From a virus (taxonomy: Duplodnaviria; Caudoviricetes), in IMG/VR virus record IMGVR_UViG_3300010413_000045, positions 1 through 53,562 of that record: DNA of 53,562 bases, one strand, 5' to 3'. Shown here piece by piece: positions 46,356-53,562 of this stretch. How positions within the stretch are numbered: the stretch's first letter is position 1; every line of letters starts with the position of its first letter. Below the pieces are notes generated by a model. The model had not been told where the DNA came from. It worked only from the letters and a program-made list of their open reading frames with translations, and did no database searches. The translations under genes were made by a program, and so were the position numbers.

Positions 46356-47611
46356 GTCGTTGTTCCTCCTACATTTTTAGCCGGTATAGCTATCTGTTGA
46401 TCAGGGAAAATCAGATCGGGATTTTTTATCTGAGGATTAGATGATACCAGAGACGAAAGACTGACCCCGAAGTTAACCGCTATCTGAGAGAGCGTATCAC
46501 CCGACTGTACAATATACTGGCTGTTCTGCTGCATTTTATAGGTGCTGGATGGTACGGCTATTCTATCTGTTGACACGGTCGGACTCGGCTGAGCGGTTGT
46601 TTTATCAGGCAATGATATTTCACAAGAGACATTTTCTCCCCCATCTCCAAAACCCCATTTAACAGAGTTCAGCAAGAATATTCCAGATATTCCCTTTACA
46701 GTATCAATGACTTTAACATTCGGACCGGCTTCCCATAATTCTCCATTGGCTGAGAATCCGGCAATTTCGGCGCTATAGGAAAAGCTCCGCGCTCTTCTGA
46801 TATTCGCTTCCTCTTCCGCCGCCCGTTTACACTCTTCGGAGGTCATAGGCTCTTTAGCTGTTATATCGAGCACTCTGGTTTTCCGAATTTCATTATCAAA
46901 AGCCGATCCTTCGTTATTAAGGCTGTCCACATCGGCATCATCAGAAGCGAGGGAAGAATTACTGTGAACCGTGTATTTATAGAATCTCTGAGTATAGTCA
47001 ATCTTTACGTTTGAGGATTTGACATTATTATTATCGGCACCTGGTACGTTTTGAATAATTGTTTTTAATTTTCCGGACGGCTTCCGGATGAAGATATTAC
47101 CATCTCCGTTATCACCTAAAAATACATTGACAATACGAGCGTTCTCTGTGAGAAAAGACTCGCAGGAATCTCCTGTCTCTGCAGCTTTTATTTTTTCAGG
47201 ATCCGCAAATTTAGCCCCGACTTCATCGATTACTTTTATGGTGTTCCCGAACCCCAGACCATCAACGCACAGCTGAACTAATTCGGCGTAATTGGAGACC
47301 CCCTCCAGATTACGGGCATTTTCCGGCACGGAGGAATCAAGTAAGTCTGCAATCATAGACCGAGCCCTGAACTCTATATCATGGCTGGACCGATCTTCTG
47401 AGTCGGAAATATCATCGATGTACCCGGTAAAATCTTTCACATTATCCCTGTACACCTCAATAAATGACTGAGCACCGAGAACAGATTGATTATTCTGCTG
47501 TTGACTTAATGTAATCCTTACCTCTCGAGCTATCGTATCAATAGAGGATACACCGTCTACCGACTTAAAGAGATTGTAAGTTTGTCCATCAACCCTGAGC
47601 TCACTAGCCAA
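46352..47611 (-). CDS. Baseplate hub (Mu gpP/gp44-like) with C-terminal LysM
   Basis: FTGYIDD, RSMIADLLDSS, EEANIRRARS; YIVQSGDTLSQIA...NPQIKNPDLIFPDQ. Confidence 0.88.
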   Translation of the reverse strand: MASELRVDGQTYNLFKSVDGVSSIDTIAREVRITLSQQQNNQSVLGAQSFIEVYRDNVKDFTGYIDDISDSEDRSSHDIEFRARSMIADLLDSSVPENARNLEGVSNYAELVQLCVDGLGFGNTIKVIDEVGAKFADPEKIKAAETGDSCESFLTENARIVNVFLGDNGDGNIFIRKPSGKLKTIIQNVPGADNNNVKSSNVKIDYTQRFYKYTVHSNSSLASDDADVDSLNNEGSAFDNEIRKTRVLDITAKEPMTSEECKRAAEEEANIRRARSFSYSAEIAGFSANGELWEAGPNVKVIDTVKGISGIFLLNSVKWGFGDGGENVSCEISLPDKTTAQPSPTVSTDRIAVPSSTYKMQQNSQYIVQSGDTLSQIAVNFGVSLSSLVSSNPQIKNPDLIFPDQQIAIPAKNVGGTTT

Positions 47612-48917
47612 TCTCTACCGCCTTGACGATACCATTCAGTCTGTACGCCGGTTGCTGACGATTTAATCCTATCAATATATCGCGCATAAAATTAAGCTGC
47701 GCTTCATTCTGGATGTGCTCACCGTATAGTTCATAAGCGAGGAGTGTTCCCGACATAGGCCGAGGTATTCGGATTTCGATAACCGTGAAAGACTGTTGTC
47801 TTTTAATATCCAATACGGAAAATGTCCGATTTTTCAACTCAGCCAATACATTTTTCATGAAAGGAACAACTTCGGCGTAAATAGAGTTGGCAACAATAGA
47901 CTCATAATACCGGTTCAATTCAGAGACGACCGTATCAATCTGTTCTGTGGTCGTGTAAGTCTGAGCTGCTGCGCTTTCAAACATGCTAATCAGCCCGGCC
48001 AGACGGAAAGTCATAACCAGAGTAACCCTATTCGCATTTCTAGCCTGTCGTTCTGCCGTGTCGTTATCCCATAGTTTGATAGTCGTATCGATGGCATTAG
48101 AGCGCGGAGGCGTAGGATTTGGAATGTAGGCTGACTGAACAGGGATAACTCCGCTTTTAATATCGTTCATCGAGTTCGGTAACGTCTTGCCAATCGTTGA
48201 GAGCTGTTTGAATATGGCATATCCTGCAGTGTTTTGTATGCTCAGTGCAATAGACTGTAAAAACCCTAAAGGCTGACCATCATTTAGTAATAAAGCCGCA
48301 TACCGCTCTACGCTTCGAATTGCCCCGTCAACCTTCCGCACGAAATTGCGAACATCCCTCACTTTGCCAGTTATTTTTTTCACTTGGTCGGCGAGCTCTT
48401 TAGAATCAGATATAGCAGTCTCTATATTATTCAGTTCTGTAGGTGGCGTATAGCTCTCTGCAAAAGACTCCTGTAGGGTGTTCCTCGCTTCCTGCGCCTT
48501 TTCGCTGACATCCTGTTCCGTGATGCTTGTATCGGTCGGTGCTGGCCTCTCTGTGGTCTGCTCAAAGGTGACAGATATTTTTATCTCCCCTAGACTATTC
48601 TGAGACGCTTCCGCTTCAAAGGGGAGACAGATTACATTATTAAAAACCCCGAACGTCGGCATGTACAGTCGCCCTGGAGCCGGATCGTTAACAGCCCGTT
48701 CAAACTTCGCATAATCGTCCCTGTAATTTTCCCCAGCAAAAAATATTTCCATAGGACCGGAAAAAGGCTCTATCCCCATAGGCTCATGATACTGTACGCC
48801 CGATTTAGGGTAAGTGTGCTTTACGCGTGACTGCCCGGCTTTTTTACGCTCTGACCGAGTATAGAACGGAACGCCTTTATATTTACCCTGGATTTGCTGA
48901 TCGAGATATGACGGCAT
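47604..48917 (-). CDS. DNA circularisation / tube initiator protein (Mu gpN-like)
   Basis: YKGVPF, HTYP, PGRLYMPTFG, LAYELYG. Confidence 0.85.
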   Translation of the reverse strand: MPSYLDQQIQGKYKGVPFYTRSERKKAGQSRVKHTYPKSGVQYHEPMGIEPFSGPMEIFFAGENYRDDYAKFERAVNDPAPGRLYMPTFGVFNNVICLPFEAEASQNSLGEIKISVTFEQTTERPAPTDTSITEQDVSEKAQEARNTLQESFAESYTPPTELNNIETAISDSKELADQVKKITGKVRDVRNFVRKVDGAIRSVERYAALLLNDGQPLGFLQSIALSIQNTAGYAIFKQLSTIGKTLPNSMNDIKSGVIPVQSAYIPNPTPPRSNAIDTTIKLWDNDTAERQARNANRVTLVMTFRLAGLISMFESAAAQTYTTTEQIDTVVSELNRYYESIVANSIYAEVVPFMKNVLAELKNRTFSVLDIKRQQSFTVIEIRIPRPMSGTLLAYELYGEHIQNEAQLNFMRDILIGLNRQQPAYRLNGIVKAVEIG

Positions 48918-50788
48918 TATCTTCTGCTCCTACTGGACATATTGTATCCCAGATTCCCGCGAGGATTAAACGGTCTAGCGCTCATCCCTTCTTCGGTGTA
49001 GACAGATACTGAGGCTTCAGCGTTCGCGTTGGCAGCGTATCCCATAGGAATAGGGGCAGAGGCTGACGGCATCGGGGCGGTTGGGACTTCTCCACCAATC
49101 CCGAAAAAGCCTCCGAGCTTTTCACCTACTCCACCGAAGAAATCTCGCACTTTTCCAACACCGGCACCAATCTTATCAATCAGCATTGTGAAAAAATCCA
49201 TAATTGGCTGCCAGTACTGAAGTATCAATCCAGGTATTGTTTTAGCTATCTCTACAAATGCCTGAAAAACTCCCCAATTTGCTATTTTGTCGGCTATTGA
49301 TTTTAATACATTTAAGAATGACAATGCAGGAGCAATTAGTCCTTCAAGCAGTGCAGAGCCTATAGCTTTTATACCAGCTACAAACCCACCGTCAGTAAAC
49401 GCCGCCTTTATCTCGTCAAAGTTGTTAATCAACGATCTTATCATATCAATAACAGCGGCTATAGCATAAACCATTGGGCCACCATATATAGCTACAACGC
49501 CTTTTATAGTATCATAAAAGTTAACAAACCATGTCCACGCTCTTTTGATGGCTGCCGTTATTTGATCCCAGTATTTTATTACTATAACTACGATGGCTAT
49601 CAGTGCGGCAAATCCGGCAATTACAAGTCCTACTGGGTTCGCTGTCAATAAGGCATTTTGAACTACCTGTACAGCGTTGTATACCAACATCGCGGCTGCT
49701 GCTGTATACATTGTGGCTTGATATGCAGCAAATGCGGCAACCAATGGTATAATTATCGGGGAGAGAATCTTTAAGACTTTTACGATTGTAGACACAACAG
49801 TATACGCACCTATTACGGCCTTTGTTACGCCTGTAAATACTTTCTTTGCCGTTGTCAAATACTCATTTATTTTAGATTTTATCAAATCCCCATTCGCCTC
49901 TGCAAATGCTTTCATATTCTGAGCGCCTATTATCATCTTATCAATTAAAGGTTTTAGAATAGGCAGCAATTGAGCTCCGAGAGCTGCACTGGTTAATGCG
50001 ATATTATCTTTAAGCGTTGACATTTTACCGCTGAAAGTCATCGATGCAATTTCCATTCCTTTGAAGAAAATTCCACCCTCTCCCGTCATTTTCTGGAATG
50101 CTGCCGTTAAATCGCCGGAACTTATCGCCCCTGCAGATGACATTTTCATCATTTCGGAGACAGATACACCCATGGACGAAGCAAGTTCGGAATAAATTGG
50201 GACCCCTGCTTCGGCAATCATGTTGAGCGATTCCATATCGACCTTGCCTTTCAGCATGGCCTTTGTGTATCCACGGGTTATAGAATCAAGTTTCTGAGCA
50301 TTCCCTCCGGCAGTATCTCCTAACATTCGGAACGTATCGACGGTTTTTTCTATATCCTGATTCATTACTGGTAGCAACTGTTTTGCCGCTGCCGATATAT
50401 TAGCGAACTGAAAAGGGGTTGTAGAGGCTGTTTTATTTAATTCATCAACAAGTTGATTTGCTTTTTCAGCTCCACCCATAAGAGGTGTAAATCCGGATAC
50501 AGCGTCCTCTATAAAAGAGGCTTGCCTTATGAATGATCGTATAGCTATGGTTCCAGTTGCAATAGCTCCGACGAATCCAACCTTTATAGCGGTTCCGAGT
50601 CCGTGTTGTATTCGGCTCCCTAGTTGGCTTAATTTCTTCTGATATTTTTCTGTAGCCGCACCGAGATTCTTAAATCCAGCCGACATTCTCGCGTCAAATG
50701 AAGCAGCGGATCTCTTCATTCTTTCAAGAGTAGGGGAGAATCTATCAACGATTCGATATAAATAATCTATAGACCGTGTTCCTGCCAT
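48917..50788 (-). CDS. Tape measure protein
   Basis: TPFQFANI, GKVDMESLNMIAEAGVPI, ANPVGLVI, YWDQI. Confidence 0.92.
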   Translation of the reverse strand: MAGTRSIDYLYRIVDRFSPTLERMKRSAASFDARMSAGFKNLGAATEKYQKKLSQLGSRIQHGLGTAIKVGFVGAIATGTIAIRSFIRQASFIEDAVSGFTPLMGGAEKANQLVDELNKTASTTPFQFANISAAAKQLLPVMNQDIEKTVDTFRMLGDTAGGNAQKLDSITRGYTKAMLKGKVDMESLNMIAEAGVPIYSELASSMGVSVSEMMKMSSAGAISSGDLTAAFQKMTGEGGIFFKGMEIASMTFSGKMSTLKDNIALTSAALGAQLLPILKPLIDKMIIGAQNMKAFAEANGDLIKSKINEYLTTAKKVFTGVTKAVIGAYTVVSTIVKVLKILSPIIIPLVAAFAAYQATMYTAAAAMLVYNAVQVVQNALLTANPVGLVIAGFAALIAIVVIVIKYWDQITAAIKRAWTWFVNFYDTIKGVVAIYGGPMVYAIAAVIDMIRSLINNFDEIKAAFTDGGFVAGIKAIGSALLEGLIAPALSFLNVLKSIADKIANWGVFQAFVEIAKTIPGLILQYWQPIMDFFTMLIDKIGAGVGKVRDFFGGVGEKLGGFFGIGGEVPTAPMPSASAPIPMGYAANANAEASVSVYTEEGMSARPFNPRGNLGYNMSSRSRR

Positions 50789-50815
50789 ACCTCTATTATA
50801 CGATTTTATAGGGAC

Positions 50816-50842
50816 AAAAAAAAGCCCCTAATAATAGGGACT
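50816..50842 (-). terminator. Terminator after tail chaperone
   Basis: AGTCCCT-ATTATT-AGGGGCT-T7. Confidence 0.75.
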
Positions 50843-50843
50843 C

Positions 50844-51074
50844 TTATTTCTTCTTTGCCGCTTTATCTCGCTCACGGCCTATCTTTTCCAATTCTTTAAT
50901 TATCACGTTCCTGCGCGCCATAGGTAGGTCGGCGGCCTCCTGAAAGCTGATACCCCCCTCCATGAATATAGAAATCCTTACCGCGTCTTTAGTGCGCCTG
51001 TTCGATCTTTTAAGCCCCGGTCTACCGTCTACTAAGCCATGCTCTGCAGAGTAGCCAAGGGCCGGACGAAAAAA
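50844..51074 (-). CDS. -1 frameshift extension of tail assembly chaperone (gpGT-like)
   Basis: T TTT TTC slippery site 51068-51074; -1 frame open to TAA 50844 (...MEGGISFQEAADLPMARRNVIIKELEK...). Confidence 0.8.
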   Translation of the reverse strand, partial: FFRPALGYSAEHGLVDGRPGLKRSNRRTKDAVRISIFMEGGISFQEAADLPMARRNVIIKELEKIGRERDKAAKKK

Positions 51075-51550
51075 GCGCAGTACCGGAACATAATTCTTTT
51101 TTTATCTTCACGGCTTACAGATTCCCATCTGGGCGCAGTCATAGGAAGATCCCCTTGAGCGTTAACAAGTCCGGCGGCGATAAGCTGAGAGAACTTATCC
51201 ATAAGCTCAGAAGTCTTTCCGGCCATTCTGATAAGTAGCTCATGATTCATTTCCTGGGTTTTCATTTGCTCTTCTGACGGACAGTCAGACTCGTAAAAAT
51301 CTTTCTCGTCTTTCTCATCCTTTTTCAGCTGAGCCTTAGTAGCCTTAGACGCTCCTGTGCTTCGCTCTGCCATATCCATAGCGGAACTTATGAACATATC
51401 CTCAATTTCAAAGACAATGTTCTCCATTTTTGAGGTAGGTTCACGGCAGATAATTTCATGCTTATCATTTTCGAGTCCTCCTTCAATAGCCATTTCATAG
51501 GGTTTAATGGTGTTGATTACCAATATCCCGTCATTTCTGCTTGTTGTCAT
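51032..51550 (-). CDS. Tail assembly chaperone (gpG-like)
   Basis: Upstream of TMP; IICREP; ends near YCAFF slippery site. Confidence 0.8.
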   Translation of the reverse strand: MTTSRNDGILVINTIKPYEMAIEGGLENDKHEIICREPTSKMENIVFEIEDMFISSAMDMAERSTGASKATKAQLKKDEKDEKDFYESDCPSEEQMKTQEMNHELLIRMAGKTSELMDKFSQLIAAGLVNAQGDLPMTAPRWESVSREDKKRIMFRYCAFFVRPLATLQSMA

Positions 51551-51558
51551 GTTCGCTC

Positions 51559-52044
51559 CTATTTCCCATAAAATAAAATTACATTATCACCGTCAAAATT
51601 GGCAGTCATTTCCAGTCTTTCTTTATTGATTATTTCGGCAATATCGGTTCTCGATGTTCCTCGAATCGCCCTCTTTCCGAAATCCCGCTGCGCTTCCGTA
51701 CAATCAAAATAATAAACCTGTTTATCGCCTATTGTATCATATTCCAACGATCTTTGGTGATGCAATTTTTGAACATTTTTACCCTTATCGAATCCGAGCA
51801 CTTTGTAGGTCGGGTAAATATCCTGGAATCTGGTATCATATCCTCCCGCTGAAATATGCTTCGGATTGCGGACTTTATACTGCCGGATCAATTTCAGGAT
51901 AGTCCGCTTATGATGCTGATCACAGTAAATCCAGAGTTTGCCGGATAATTCGATCTCGATTAAAAGCCTGATTTTTAAGATACGGGCTTCATCGATGATA
52001 GATTTAATTTGTGGGATGACGGCTATTTGGTGTTTTGATTTCAT
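51559..52044 (-). CDS. Hypothetical protein
   Basis: AGGAG RBS; first gene from leftward promoter. Confidence 0.7.
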   Translation of the reverse strand: MKSKHQIAVIPQIKSIIDEARILKIRLLIEIELSGKLWIYCDQHHKRTILKLIRQYKVRNPKHISAGGYDTRFQDIYPTYKVLGFDKGKNVQKLHHQRSLEYDTIGDKQVYYFDCTEAQRDFGKRAIRGTSRTDIAEIINKERLEMTANFDGDNVILFYGK

Positions 52045-52064
52045 TTTAATATCTCCTGACAATA

Positions 52065-52138
52065 AATATAAATCTGTTTAATTATTCTGTCAACAGTTAA
52101 AAACATTTGTTGACAGCCTAAAACATATGGATTATGTT
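52065..52138. promoter_or_regulatory. Divergent promoter pair with inverted repeat CTGTCAACA-N12-TGTTGACAG
   Basis: Minus TTGACA-N17-TATATT; plus TTGACA-N17-TATGTT. Confidence 0.75.
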
Positions 52139-52155
52139 TAATCAAGAGGTAAATT

Positions 52156-52308
52156 ATGAGTGAAAGATTAGTGATTCAGATGAGTCCGAAGAAAGAAGAG
52201 AAAGAAAAAATTACCCGCATATATAAAGAGCACGGTATCAAAATGGCCGGTAGAGTGTTAAAGCTCATTCTTTCTGATGTGGAAAAATTGGAGGAAATGA
52301 AAAAATGA
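52156..52308 (+). CDS. Small putative ribbon-helix-helix regulator (50 aa), not in ORF track
   Basis: MSERLVIQMSPKKEEKEKITRIYKEHGIKMAGRVLKLILSDV; GAGGT RBS. Confidence 0.55.
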   Translation: MSERLVIQMSPKKEEKEKITRIYKEHGIKMAGRVLKLILSDVEKLEEMKK

Positions 52309-52595
52309 AGAACCGTGAAAAACAAATCCATGAAAGCGAAAAAATAATGATGGCCTGCCTAATGTGTGGTGCCTTTATTTTTACTTTCGCTGTCCTTAAT
52401 GCAATTGTTGAGGTGCTGATAAAATGACTGCCGAAAAAATAAAGCTCGATTGCCCGTGTGAACTCTCCGGGCCGGAAGAGTGTCAGGCTTGCAATGACCG
52501 AAAAAATGCATCGATAATCGAGACTCAACAGGAGCTTATCCAGAAACTATTCTTTGAAAACCAGATGCTTAAGCGGGCGGTTCGGGAGTTGAGAA

Positions 52596-52814
52596 GTGTC
52601 TAGCTGGAAATCGAAGGACAGAGGAACCAAAGAGTATGACGCTCCATGTAAAGATTGCCTTGTCCTTGATCATATTGTGTGCCCTATTGCAGAAGAGGCC
52701 TATGAGCGAGGCATAACGATGATAAAATGTGAGTTCGCTAAAGGATTCGGAGAAATGATAATAAGGTCTATTACATCGAAATACGGAAACCATAAAGACA
52801 GGATGGCTATATGA
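52596..52814 (+). CDS. Cys-containing hypothetical protein
   Basis: PCKDC...VCP; operon packing. Confidence 0.55.
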   Translation: MSSWKSKDRGTKEYDAPCKDCLVLDHIVCPIAEEAYERGITMIKCEFAKGFGEMIIRSITSKYGNHKDRMAI

Positions 52815-53032
52815 TAGAAATTAAAAATAGCAAGGGGTTCTATAGACCGAAATACGAAATAGAACAAGATGTCAAAGATTTTGAAAACAATATCCTGGAT
52901 TTTATCGATAACTTGATTGATCAGGTTCGGAAAGCGAAAACAGATTATGCGGAAGGCTTGGATTTAACCGGTAATTTCAGGCAAATGGAATTAAATCTTG
53001 TCATAATGGCGAACGAGATAACGGGGAAGTGA
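52811..53032 (+). CDS. Hypothetical protein
   Basis: ATGA coupling. Confidence 0.6.
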   Translation: MIEIKNSKGFYRPKYEIEQDVKDFENNILDFIDNLIDQVRKAKTDYAEGLDLTGNFRQMELNLVIMANEITGK

Positions 53033-53033
53033 T

Positions 53034-53159
53034 ATGAAATTATACTACTGCCCGATCTGCCACAAGCGATACCACGAGATAGTGTACAATAATATCAAGA
53101 ACAACTGCTGCTGTCCCTGTGGTGTGCCGTTAATATATTTTTTGGAGGAAGTGGAATGA
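53034..53159 (+). CDS. Zn-ribbon microprotein (MKLYYCPICH...CPCG)
   Basis: Hand-translated; GGGGA RBS. Confidence 0.55.
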   Translation: MKLYYCPICHKRYHEIVYNNIKNNCCCPCGVPLIYFLEEVE

Positions 53160-53474
53160 GAGATAAATTGAGAGAATTTATATGTACAGGCTGTAATAAT
53201 CCATGCATTATCCATGTATTAGAATCTGATGGAATACCATCAAAATGTATATATGGAATAGAAAACAAGGTGGGATGAGGTAGGATATGTTAATGATATT
53301 TTACCAAAATACGAAACAGTAGAACAATGGGAATCGAGAACAGGAGATACTTATCCTGGTGATGGGCCGGTGTGGGCTCGGTATGATAAAAAGTGGCATT
53401 TATATGAATATAATGGATATGCTAGAGGGGCATCAAACTTGATAGTAGCCACACACCACGGGAAACCCACGTAG
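53156..53474 (+). pseudogene. Hypothetical gene split by 1-nt frameshift
   Basis: Removing one A at 53262-53265 joins MRDKLREFICTGC... to ...PKYETVEQWESRTG...HGKPT*. Confidence 0.5.
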
Positions 53475-53562
53475 GACAAAATGATAGAACCGATTGAATC
53501 AATGCGGTTCCGTTGAAAGAGTTGATAAAAGCCATATAGAGATAATGCAATTAAGGAATAAA
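53419..53562 (+). repeat. Terminal direct repeat, copy 2
   Basis: Identical to 1-144. Confidence 0.97.

Larger units (their letters stand above)
1..53418. mobile_element. Complete tailed phage genome (myovirus; HK97-type head, Mu-like tail), circular contig
   Basis: Full set of head, tail, lysis, packaging and replication genes; ends overlap by 144 bp; no host housekeeping genes. Confidence 0.95.

Noticed and set aside
5796-49469. Numerous antisense or alternate-frame ORFs over structural genes (e.g. 5796-6074, 9282-9755, 12674-13072, 32967-33398)
   Set aside because: No RBS or recognisable motifs; shadows of well-supported genes
1-53562. Specific host assignment (spirochaete-like impression) and alternative genetic code
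   Set aside because: The host impression is not supportable without searches; standard-code ORFs tile the genome densely, so no recoding is indicated

Overview
The window is an apparently complete, circularly closed ~53.4 kb tailed-phage genome (bases 1-144 are repeated exactly at 53419-53562). It is a myovirus with an HK97-type head (portal, MuF, prohead protease, major capsid), TerS/TerL, and a Mu-like contractile tail. The tail genes are split into two blocks: sheath/tube at 5-7 kb and chaperone/tape-measure/baseplate/fibres at 39.7-51.6 kb. Also present are a lysis cassette, a lambdoid-style replication initiator with internal iterons, an SF2 helicase, a single-chain Mre11-Rad50 (SbcD-SbcC) fusion, SSB, a MazG-like protein, two DNA methyltransferases, three HNH-type genes and a tRNA-Thr. 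I see no integrase, DNA/RNA polymerase, reverse transcriptase or CRISPR array. Spanin-like and lipoprotein genes suggest a diderm host. The most striking features are non-coding or overlapping: (1) two copies of a promoter-proximal three-way-junction leader RNA, with compensatory changes in every helix, whose loop is complementary to a tandemly duplicated 7-mer over the RBS of the downstream gene (C5 methylase; HNH nuclease); (2) a 151-nt tRNA-Leu-like RNA with a degenerate anticodon arm and an ~80-nt branched variable arm; (3) two fully nested spanin-like coiled-coil genes starting 2 nt apart; (4) a membrane-anchored LuxR-type regulator plus an attenuator-like leader directly upstream of the lysis genes. 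All product calls are from motif recognition by eye; no database searches were run.
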